Shown here: in pieces, positions 9,679-18,319 of the stretch | How the letters are laid out: the number at the start of each line of letters is the position of its first letter | How positions within the stretch are numbered: position 1 is the first letter of the stretch | Assembly: GCA_002794465.1 (NCBI GenBank) | Contig: MTSL01000008.1 | Span: forward strand, 11,119 to 43,118 | Origin: Paramicrosporidium saccamoebae KSL3 | Taxonomy: Eukaryota > Fungi > Cryptomycota | Direction: 5' to 3' | DNA: 32,000 nucleotides | The notes under the pieces: model-generated | Told to the model about the DNA's origin: nothing | Seen by the model: only the letters and a program-made list of their open reading frames with translations | The model's database searches: none | Made by a program: the position numbers and the translations under genes

Positions 9679-10764
9679 TTAGGCCAAGAATGCCTTATCC
9701 TCTCCACATTCAGAGAGGGTAATTGTCTTTACAATTCTAGGACGATCTTGTCCCATCACTGGGGACCAGCCAGCATCAAACCGTTTGGCATCCTTCCGCT
9801 GTCCCCATCCTACTAGTTTTACTAATCGGCTCCACGCAGTGTGTATGATCTGGTGGATTATGCCAGTGCAAGTGTACACACCACCAATAATGCCCACCAA
9901 GTGGATTAAAAACGATACAAAATTGATAGATTCGTGCGTAATGACCAAGGCTAGCGGCTCATGACTGTAATTAAAGAATAGTCCTGGATCGTCAACCTCA
10001 CCAGCGCCCAGTTGGCTCTTGAAGCCATTCAGTGCGTATTGATTGGTTTGTATGTTTCGGCCAGCCGTCTTGTAAGAGGTCGAGATGATGGAGAGAAAGT
10101 ATGTGAAATGTTCGTGTGGGCGCATGGTCAGCTGATTGATTCCGTTCATAGGATTCTTCATTCCCGGATATGTCGTTCCAAATGACAAATGATGCACATA
10201 GTGACTAAAGTTGACCGACTCATCCAGTCTGCTGAGCAGTGCGCCGAGTTGGCCCATTGCAACAGTAATAGGGAGTATCATGAGTCGCCCCCCAGAATTA
10301 CTGACATCGATGCGTCCTCGTATCCGACATCCGTATATCTCTTCCTCCTCTAAACTCTTGTGCTTCATGACCTGGTCGGCCCAATCTCCCACTGCTGTGC
10401 GCACACTTCCAAAGTTTTCCGGATACGCCTCCAGCTCATCGTTGAGAATCCGTGTACCGCCTGCCTCGTCACTCTGCAGTACTACCATCTTTTCGCACTC
10501 GGTCGCAATGGAAATGTCAAGCTCCAGGGGAACGCGATAACCTATGGTCGGGTCGACGACATAGTATTGCTGCAGCGGCGGCAGGAGATAGTGGAACAGC
10601 TCCGCACACATCAAAGTTCCCAGCAGTCCTACCGTGAGAATGGTGAACAAGCCTCCACTGCTAGTCCTTTGGAGATATGCAGTATCCACCTTTGGGAAAG
10701 CGTCTAGATTCTTAACCAAGGATCCAACACGCGTATCCTCCATCTTTGACAGCATTTCATCCAT
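9679..10764 (-). CDS. ERV41: ERV41/ERV46/ERGIC family COPII-vesicle membrane protein
   Basis: LDAFPKV...RT.SGGLFT N-terminus with TM, GCRIRG, NFSHYVHHLSFG, and C-terminal PGLFFNYSHEPL..SFLIHLVGIIGGVYT. Confidence 0.85.
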   Translation of the reverse strand: MDEMLSKMEDTRVGSLVKNLDAFPKVDTAYLQRTSSGGLFTILTVGLLGTLMCAELFHYLLPPLQQYYVVDPTIGYRVPLELDISIATECEKMVVLQSDEAGGTRILNDELEAYPENFGSVRTAVGDWADQVMKHKSLEEEEIYGCRIRGRIDVSNSGGRLMILPITVAMGQLGALLSRLDESVNFSHYVHHLSFGTTYPGMKNPMNGINQLTMRPHEHFTYFLSIISTSYKTAGRNIQTNQYALNGFKSQLGAGEVDDPGLFFNYSHEPLALVITHESINFVSFLIHLVGIIGGVYTCTGIIHQIIHTAWSRLVKLVGWGQRKDAKRFDAGWSPVMGQDRPRIVKTITLSECGEDKAFLA

Positions 10765-10873
10765 AGTTGGCACTTCTTAAAGAGCAGCACCAATGGGCCG
10801 GGGTAGTCACGGCTAATTGGCCGAGTCCGTACCTATCAAAATGACCAAAACCGTCCCGGCACCAATCAAACAT

Positions 10874-12106
10874 TTAATACTTTGCGAAAATATGATCTAT
10901 GAGTTGAGAATAGCCTGCTCTAAGTTCATCTAATTCTTTCGTATCCACAACAGTGGCAGGTTGCTGTGCAGTTGTAGTAGTAATCTTTGCCATTGACAGC
11001 TCTGGTACTAGCACGGTCCAGGAGGATTGGACACTAGACATTGCCCGCTTAGGTTGTCCCGCAATGAGACGAGCTTTCTGATCAAGGGCCGCCTCAAAGC
11101 TTGCCTTGTGTACCACTCCAATCCATCTGACGTGTCCATCTGCTGCAAGTCGCCTCATTATTTGTCTTGTGGAAATGTTCCAAATCAGCACATTTCCCTC
11201 TGCATCGCCACTGATCAGACATTCCTCGTCCATTGACAATTCAATAGACACGACTGCAGACTTGTGACCAGCGAGACGAGTACGATCAGATCTCTGTGAA
11301 TACGAAACTGCACTTTGCTCGGCAATTTCCCCAGCATCTGCTGCCAAATCAATGATATAAATATTACCATCCTCACAGGCAGCAAAGATTAGCGTTTCAG
11401 CTGCCGTCATTTTGACTTTGAGTACGGCAGAGGGGAATTCAAAACATGCCAGTAGATGCGCATCGACCAGATCGTATAGACGCACCTGCCTGTCGCGGCA
11501 TGCAGTGGCCATCCTACAGTTCCGGTCCACACCAAATCCAAGATGAGTATCCGTCACCATATCCGTATGATCGTCCAAGTTCCACATTGAGCTCCCCTCT
11601 CCAGCCAGAAGGGCAGACCAGGACCACACTTTTACAGTCCCATCCGCACTCGAGGTCACCAAGTACTCTCCATCGCTAGTGAGTGTGGCCTTGGTAACAC
11701 GCTGCAAATGAGCACCCTCTAAGAATACAACCATTTCCCCCGAGACTATCTCCCACGCCATCACTTTGCCCTCTTCATTACCGGCGACCAGGTATGACGA
11801 GTCTGGTGATATACACAGCGAACATAACCGGTCCTGTCCAAAGTAGCGATGGACAGGTCGCTCCTTGCCGATCAAATGATAGTTGAGTGAAGAATTTTTA
11901 GTGTTCAGGCAAGACAGGGCCCAGCTGTGGAGCAAAGTGTTGGGCGGATACAACGCCACTGGGTTGGTAGAAGACTCTGCATAGAACTCCTTTAGAGGAG
12001 TTCCTAAGGATACACCAGTGCTGAGGTCCCAGCGTTGGATGTGGCCAGTGTCAGCAGACTTTGGATCGGCAACTGCGGCCAGGATGACCTGTCCAATCAT
12101 TCCCAT
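10874..12106 (-). CDS. IPI3: IPI3/WDR18 WD40-repeat protein (Rix1 complex)
   Basis: WD40 repeats (AH.QRVT...TSDGEYLVTSSADGTVKVWS; GHKSAV..LISGDAEGNVLIWN) with the IPI3-type pattern YLVAGNEEGKVMAWEIVSGE, and a C-terminal coiled segment. Confidence 0.75.
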   Translation of the reverse strand: MGMIGQVILAAVADPKSADTGHIQRWDLSTGVSLGTPLKEFYAESSTNPVALYPPNTLLHSWALSCLNTKNSSLNYHLIGKERPVHRYFGQDRLCSLCISPDSSYLVAGNEEGKVMAWEIVSGEMVVFLEGAHLQRVTKATLTSDGEYLVTSSADGTVKVWSWSALLAGEGSSMWNLDDHTDMVTDTHLGFGVDRNCRMATACRDRQVRLYDLVDAHLLACFEFPSAVLKVKMTAAETLIFAACEDGNIYIIDLAADAGEIAEQSAVSYSQRSDRTRLAGHKSAVVSIELSMDEECLISGDAEGNVLIWNISTRQIMRRLAADGHVRWIGVVHKASFEAALDQKARLIAGQPKRAMSSVQSSWTVLVPELSMAKITTTTAQQPATVVDTKELDELRAGYSQLIDHIFAKY

Positions 12107-12269
12107 CCCCGGTTGCGTGGTCGAGGCTCTTGTACAAATCTCCAAACTACAACCTTGACATTTTTAGATGCTCACTAATTATTCATGTACAGCTAATATT
12201 CATGCATATCATGGCAGCAAATACGAAGCACAACATGTTGTCATATTATTGTGTCTTTACGTTTCAGAT

Positions 12270-12341
12270 GACTCCTTGGCGCAACGGTAGCGCGTCTGAC
12301 TCCAGATCAGAAGGTTGAGTGTTCAAATCGCTCAGGGGTCA
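12270..12341 (+). tRNA. trnW: tRNA-Trp(CCA)
   Basis: Acceptor GACTCCT/AGGGGTC, anticodon stem TCTGA/TCAGA with loop CTCCAGA, T-loop TTCAAAT, downstream T-run. Confidence 0.97.
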
Positions 12342-12585
12342 ATCTTTTTGTTTTTGAGGAAATATGCCATTTGCTCAAGTCAGTGTGACTTTGAATATAC
12401 TAATAATAGTAGCAAGTCTCGGTTTGTCTCAAAGACACTTTAAGTTGGCCAAAACATTCACAGACTCTTATTAGACTTAATGCGTAAAACCTACAAATAA
12501 TGGAGGGACGTTTTGTTTCAACAATATTCCAAAGTGTCCAAGTTTGTAGACTCGCAGTCATCTTGATATGTAGAGCTTGCAACCC

Positions 12586-13979
12586 ATGATGAGTCCTTTT
12601 TTGGTTCGGGGATACTCCAAGTTGGCCAAGCGGGGTTTATAAACTCGTGCTCATCTCATCTTAGGACGACTAGTAATATTGGGAAGCGGATGGGGTGGAT
12701 TTGAAGTGCTCCGGAACATTGACCGCCGCGCGTACGAAGTGGTTGTTGTATCGCCAAGGTACATTCTCCGCTCTGCTGGACGCTTGTTAGAAATTACTTT
12801 GTCTTTACCCCGCTACTGGCAAGCACTTGTGTGGGGACCTTGGAGTTCCGCTGTGTCACCGAGCCCATCCGCAGAATAGCCCCAAACATCAAATATCATC
12901 AGGCTTTCTGCACTGATGTTGATTTTGAAAACGATCGCCTTACTGCCCACAGTGCTCTTGAACTGGAAGAGCATGCAGCACAGTTTACGCTCGAGTACGA
13001 CCGGTTGATTATCGCCAGTGGTGCCACCAGCAACACTTTTGGCATCCCGGGTGTTTCCGAGCATGCATTCTTCCTAAAAGACATTTCCGATGCCCGTAAC
13101 ATTCGCCACAGAGTGTTAGAATGCTTTGAACATGCCATGCAACCCGAGACACCCGACACGGAGAAACGTCGCTTGTTGCATTTTGCAATTGTTGGTGGTG
13201 GTCCCACTGGCGTTGAATTTGCTGCCGAGCTGCACGATTTTGTCAAAGACGACATGGGACGCATTTATCCCTCCCTTTGCGATTATGTGAGGATCACCGT
13301 CTATGATGTGGGACAGCGCATTCTGGGCAGTTTTGATGAGAAATTGGGAAAATATGCAGCAGACCGCTTTGCAAGGGAAGGAATACGAGTAGAAGTTGGG
13401 ACTGGTGTCTCCAAGGTGGACAAAAAATGGATTGTTCTAACCACGGGAAAGACTGTGCCAGTTGGGATGATTGTCTGGGCCACTGGGCTTGCCCCGACCA
13501 TGTTTAGCAAGAATCTTGCCTGTAAACACGATCAAAGCACAGGTAGACTGGTGACTGATGACAAATTGCGACTATTCAATCCGGCAGGACAAGTCTTGGA
13601 AAATGTATATGCTTTGGGGGATTGCGGCATGATCGATACGATGCAACTTCCTTGTACGGCCCAAGTAGCCAAGCAACAAGCCCAGTATCTATCCCGTGTC
13701 CTAAATGCACACGCCAAAAATCTGAAACCGACATCGGGGGCGGACCGCTTCGTCTTTAATCCACTAGGCACTATGGCATACATTGGGGGATGGAAAGCTG
13801 TTGCAGACATGAAGATTCCATCAAAAGGCCACCCTGAGCAAAAAGTATCTGGGAGACTCGCATGGTTAGTTTGGAGATCTGCCTATTTTTCCATGGCCGT
13901 GTCGGTGAAAAATAAGATTCTCATCCCAATGTATTGGTTTCTTACCTGGATATTTGGTCGCGACATTAGCAAGATTTAA
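12586..13979 (+). CDS. NDE1: Alternative (type II) mitochondrial NADH dehydrogenase, 3 exons (12586-12634, 12665-12758, 12791-13979; 443 aa)
   Basis: [14 protein letters not shown]|[53 protein letters not shown] introns of 30 and 32 nt restore the frame. Confidence 0.92.
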
Positions 13980-14383
13980 ACGGCGTGTAAAGCATGGCAA
14001 ACTTGTATAATTAGTGAGATGGCGAATACAATGAAATGGCTCGCTGATTGTTGTGTAATAGGGTAGCTACTACAAAATTGGCCACTGTCATTTGTTTGGG
14101 GCGGTAGAGATTACTTAATAATTAGTGAAGCCTTTATAGACCTTTCCACCTACACTTGAAGAACGAATCAGTTATATAGATTATGACGTATTGATGGACC
14201 AACTGTTCCATCTGATCATTCTCTAAACATGCCTTGTACACGAATCGGTTAATGTTTGCAATAATGGCCCTTTGCCTTGGACCCTTGATATGATATTATT
14301 GGGCCCTGGTCTTTCTCAAGTCTTGGATCTATACCGGCTATTCGCCTTACATCCATCACACTCCTCCCAAATATACATACAAG

Positions 14384-15373
14384 ATGGCTCCCATGCTTAT
14401 GAACAAGAAGCGCAAGGTAACAATTCACTGGTGGAGGACAGTCTCGTGGTTGCTGGCGGGCGTCTGGAGCGATATGCCCTTGGGAACGCTTAGGGTCCTT
14501 GGCACACTCTCCAGGTTGCTATCCATCCATCCTCGGACTGCATTTCCGCCTTGTATATGATGATTCCCATGATTCCTCTCGTTTGAATGTCTTATTGCAA
14601 CGGACGCACTGTGAATAACATGGTTGAGACTGATACAAATCCCTCTTCTTTTACTGGTGCTAACCTCGTAGTTTGTCAACGACGGTGTTTTCTACGCTGA
14701 ACTCAACGAACTCCTCACCCGCATGCTCTCTGAGGAGGGTTACTCTGGAGTCGAGGTCCGCGTCACCCCCCAACGCACAGAAGTTATTATCCGCGCTGCC
14801 CGCACCCAAAAGGTCCTCGGAGAGAACGGTCGTCGCATCCGCGAACTTACTGCTGTCGTCCAGAAGCGCTTCAAGTTCCCCGAAGGCTCCATTGAGCTCT
14901 TTGCTGAAAAGATGGAGAACCGCGGACTGAGTGCTATTGCTCAGTGCGAGTCGATGCGCTTCAAGCTGCTCTCCGGACTGCCCGTCCGTCGTGCCTGCTA
15001 CGGAGTGCTCCGTTATGTCATGGAGTCTGGAGCCAAGGGTGTAGAGGTCATCATCTCCGGCAAGCTCCGTGGTCAGCGTGCCAAATCTATGAAGTTTGTT
15101 GACGGTTTCATGATCCACGCTGGTCAGCCCGTCCGGGACTACATTGATTACGCTGTCCGCCACGTCCTCCTCCGTCAGGGTGTCCTGGGCATCAAGGTCA
15201 AGATTATGCGCGACTGGGATCCCAAGGGAATCAACGGACCCAAGATGCCCCTTCCTGATGTTGTCACTATTATGGATCCCAAGGAAGACACTGCCGTCGT
15301 TGCTGCCGGTGTTCCCTCCACTGAGGCATTCGGTCAGCGTGCCGCAGCTCCCCAGCCTGAGATTGCTCAGTAA
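14384..15373 (+). CDS. RPS3: 40S ribosomal protein S3 (uS3), exons 14384-14416 and 14672-15373
   Basis: [11 protein letters not shown]|[44 protein letters not shown]. 255-nt GT-AG intron with a GCTAAC branch point. Confidence 0.98.
14551..14638 (+). ncRNA. Box C/D snoRNA A, intronic in RPS3
   Basis: C box ATGATGA at 14557-14563, D box CTGA at 14630-14633, terminal stem TTGTA/TACAA, just upstream of the branch point. A near-identical paralogue lies at 15650-15736. Confidence 0.88.
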
Positions 15374-15649
15374 AGTCCCCAAATTCTATAATAAATACGA
15401 TGAAGGTTTATTAATTCTCTGATGAGAGAGAGAGGGATAGCGTCTAGTTAGTTGTCTGGACTGTTTCTAGATGGATACCAATCAATCTATAGACGGGCAA
15501 AGAGTCTATTGGCATTAACTACATTTACGAGAATCAGCTGGCTCGATAATAACATACTTTATTACCAAACATATACAAACTCTCACAACTATAATGGTTA
15601 GTACCAAGTTCAAATAATTGAGTGATTGGATGAGTGAAAGAGTTGGGTT

Positions 15650-15736
15650 GATGTCAGTTTTAACCTTGTTATTCACAGTGCGTCCGTTGCAATAAGACAT
15701 TCAAACGAGAGGAATCAAAGGGAATCATCATTCATC
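15650..15736 (-). ncRNA. Box C/D snoRNA B, in host-gene intron 2
   Basis: C box at 15725-15731, D box at 15654-15657, terminal stem GATG/CATC. It shares an identical 51-nt core with snoRNA A. Confidence 0.88.
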
Positions 15737-15833
15737 GTTACAACCTTACTCATCGTCTCACTCAACACCATACCTTCATGTGATTATATACAGGACAGAC
15801 AACGCCTAAGGATAAGAACAGTTCAATACGCAG

Positions 15834-15938
15834 GCAGTCGAGTCATCAGTTTAACCATAGTATTCGCAATGTATCGGGTAATGACACCTAGAACAAGAGG
15901 TGTCAGAAATCTTTGGGAATCATCATCTGGTCGACTGC
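15834..15938 (-). ncRNA. Box C/D snoRNA C, diverged paralogue, in host-gene intron 1
   Basis: C box at 15920-15926, D' CTGA at 15903-15906, D box at 15846-15849, 8-bp terminal stem GCAGTCGA/TCGACTGC. It shares ATGATGATTCCC and GAATA..ATGGTT..CTGA with A and B. Confidence 0.82.
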
Positions 15939-16091
15939 ATGCTGGGTACATTACCTTGGTTTCAATGGATGCACTAGGACCATCCGGGTCAATGTTCGCT
16001 GTGGTCGCTATTTCACCAGGGTCACCTATTTAATGGATTTTATAAACAGGCTATTGTGGGAGTGCAATTTCCACAGAGCCCCCGACTCGTA

Positions 16092-16157
16092 GTTACACTA
16101 TACTACGCATTATAATATACTAGATTACTTTACATTACATTACATTACATACCATAC
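16092..16157. repeat. 5-bp-period microsatellite (TACAT-like)
   Basis: tacattacattacattacatac core with degenerate 5-mer flanks. Confidence 0.7.
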
Positions 16158-16232
16158 TTTCATTTTTATCATGTCCTGATAGAATATGTTACGCTATGGC
16201 ATACTTGGTATACGTTGGAGATGGCTTACAAA

Positions 16233-16841
16233 TTAAACAACGCGTCTCACCTCAAAGAAGCGCTTCAGCGAATTGATCTGGAAGTAACAGACGGCGCCCA
16301 GCATGACAATCTGAATAAAGAACCACCACATGACACGGGAATTAGTGTTCAGAGCGACTACATAATGAGTGGATAACGGAAAATCACCTTCACGATGCTT
16401 CGTCTCACGTTCCATGAGGAAGGCGTGTTCGTCACGGACCATACGAAGACCGTCGTTGAGTTCGCGCAGTTCGTTCTGAACGGGATCAAGCTTTGTTGCC
16501 GATTCTGCAGAGCTGCCGAGGATGCTGAAGGATGGCTTTTTGGGCGGTGTTCCAACCGGGTCCATATTCCTAAACTTGAATGAATGCACTCCCGCAGTCT
16601 TGGCTGTGAGCGCATAAGAGCCATATGTCTCTGCTGGTCCTTCGAAAATGACACCCTCCGGACTACTAAGACGGAAGCCAATGGTGCCGTCGACATTTTG
16701 GAATTGAACGCCCCAGTTGGAGCCCTTGGCAAGGTCATCAAAGAATTCAATCTCCTTGCCGGGACGCAACTCGACAGTTTCGCACTGGACAAAGGCGACT
16801 AGTGCCGTTACCAAGACGATGAATGCGTCCAAGGCCAACAT
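16233..16841 (-). CDS. EMP24: p24/GOLD-domain cargo receptor (beta subfamily), with an in-frame 30-nt intron at 16358-16387
   Basis: Signal peptide, GOLD domain, coiled coil, HRE|VALNTNSRVMWW, TM and FFEVRRVV tail. Removing the GT-AG intron restores family spacing. Confidence 0.88.
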   Translation of the reverse strand: MLALDAFIVLVTALVAFVQCETVELRPGKEIEFFDDLAKGSNWGVQFQNVDGTIGFRLSSPEGVIFEGPAETYGSYALTAKTAGVHSFKFRNMDPVGTPPKKPSFSILGSSAESATKLDPVQNELRELNDGLRMVRDEHAFLMERETKHREGDFPLSTHYVVALNTNSRVMWWFFIQIVMLGAVCYFQINSLKRFFEVRRVV

Positions 16842-16969
16842 TTCCACGGTAAAGTTATAAAATTAGTTTCGTGTTATCATTTACGCATTCCGACCAAACA
16901 TTTTAGTTCAATATGTCCACCGTCCACTGTTGCGCTGTATGTTTCGGGAGCTTTCAGTATTCCTAACTT

Positions 16970-18094
16970 TTATTCGTCTATTGGAAAATTTAGGATTGCT
17001 GCTACGCCCGTCAGCTTGACAAGCTCTGCATCGGGTTCTGATCCAGCGGAAAAGATGGTCACTTGTCCCCCATTCTCCCGAACAGTTCCCACTATGTTAG
17101 CGTAGAGCCTCCTCTCCTTGGCATCAGTGGAACGAAACAGACTGTCTGAGAGCATCAAATGTTTGACTGCACACTGCTCAGCTGCAGACTTTACTTGTTT
17201 TGCTCCATATGTGGTGCGATCTGGATCGTTAGTGTGCATTTTGTGATAGGCATCCATGACTTTGGCCTCCTTGGCCGCCTTTGTATCGGCGAGTATAGAG
17301 GCAATACGAGGCTCTTTAAGGACTTCTGTGAGTGCGGTTGGCTGACCTGACGATACTGCAACTCGCATAAACTTGGATTTGTTGTCCAGAATGGCCTTGA
17401 CGGAATCCTTTTGGGCGCGGTCAATCAGTCTCTTGTAGACCTCATCTTTCAACAGATCACTACCCGCCACTACGACGGCCTTTAAGGCATCGAATCGGAC
17501 ATGCGCAATCATGGCCTCGACACACTGAACCAAAAACTTTTCCATGGCCTTTTCAGACTGAGAGGTTGGGCCAAACTTTTTCTTTGGCATTGAAACCTCT
17601 ACTCGCTGTAATACTCTTGTCCCATGTGGCGACACTGTACAGACATGAGCCAAGCCGTCCTGCATGACAATTGCACCAATCTCGGTTCTCCCCACCGAGG
17701 ACAGCGCCTGTTCAAGAATTTCCACCGACAGAGCGTCCCAGGAAGACTTTGTGAGCTTTAGCCATCGGTCTGGTTCAATGTCGAGGGTGTGGTAGCTCCC
17801 CAGTTTCACATGCTTATTCTCCTTTACATTTCTTCCATTCACCCGGAGGCTTGCCGCAGCCAAATCTACGTCCAGCTTCTCCACCTTGACGGCAAGAATC
17901 ATTTTCATTTTCTGGCTGTCAACGACATCACCAGAACTGGACTCTTGGAGCACCTTTCGCAGGGTTACACACTCCACCTCGTCGCCTGGAGAGATTAGGT
18001 TGTAGAGGGCCCAAATGTCGTCAGTGTCATCGGGTGTAATATTTACTGTTCCCTCTGCCAATGCGGCCTTCCAGTTCTTTCTTGTTATTTGCAT
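16970..18094 (-). CDS. DOM34: Pelota/Dom34 ribosome-rescue factor
   Basis: DDIWALYNLISPGDEV...TLRKV, KLGSYHTLDIE, TTYG, and C-terminal LVKLTGVAAILNFPI. Confidence 0.95.
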   Translation of the reverse strand: MQITRKNWKAALAEGTVNITPDDTDDIWALYNLISPGDEVECVTLRKVLQESSSGDVVDSQKMKMILAVKVEKLDVDLAAASLRVNGRNVKENKHVKLGSYHTLDIEPDRWLKLTKSSWDALSVEILEQALSSVGRTEIGAIVMQDGLAHVCTVSPHGTRVLQRVEVSMPKKKFGPTSQSEKAMEKFLVQCVEAMIAHVRFDALKAVVVAGSDLLKDEVYKRLIDRAQKDSVKAILDNKSKFMRVAVSSGQPTALTEVLKEPRIASILADTKAAKEAKVMDAYHKMHTNDPDRTTYGAKQVKSAAEQCAVKHLMLSDSLFRSTDAKERRLYANIVGTVRENGGQVTIFSAGSEPDAELVKLTGVAAILNFPIDE

Positions 18095-18187
18095 GTCGAT
18101 AAATGAGGGGATTTGTATTTACCGAACAAGGGTTTCCACTAAAAAGGAGCCCTCTAGCGGCTTGGTATGAATCGCTATATATCAGCC

Positions 18188-18295
18188 CTGCACCATGAGT
18201 CGCTATCGACTCTGCACCATGAGCCACTATCAATCCCCGCATAAAAATCACTATTAACGCCACACCACAAATCATAAGTCACTATCAATCCCCCC
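18188..18295. repeat. Degenerate ~24-bp tandem repeat upstream of DOM34
   Basis: ctgcaccatgag(t/c)c(g/a)ctatc at 18188 and 18212, followed by two more decayed units containing cactat. Confidence 0.7.
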
Positions 18296-18319
18296 CTAAT
18301 CTCACCTTGAACAATTTAT

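Larger units (their letters stand above)
15500..16030 (-). ncRNA. Spliced non-coding snoRNA host gene (ends approximate): introns 15806-15954 and 15589-15773, 32-nt middle exon 15774-15805
   Basis: Donors AAG|GTAATG and AAG|GTATGG, acceptors CCTTAG and TACTAAC-CATTATAG, TATA-like element at 16038-16044, AATAAA at 15558-15563. The only ORF noticed across the spliced junction is 16 aa. Confidence 0.75.

Noticed and set aside
14182-14191. TATGACGTAT resembling the reverse complement of the element 3' end
   Set aside because: No matching opposite terminus or TSD within the expected distance.
14660-15382. 240-aa antisense ORF over RPS3, and similar antisense ORFs over iPGM, ARP5, RIO2 and PP2A-A
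   Set aside because: These are shadow ORFs expected from codon bias in well-conserved genes. They have no recognisable motifs.
15846-15855. 10-nt complement of U2 snRNA (TTAAACTGAT) in snoRNA C
   Set aside because: The match includes the D box itself, so it cannot act as a standard guide.
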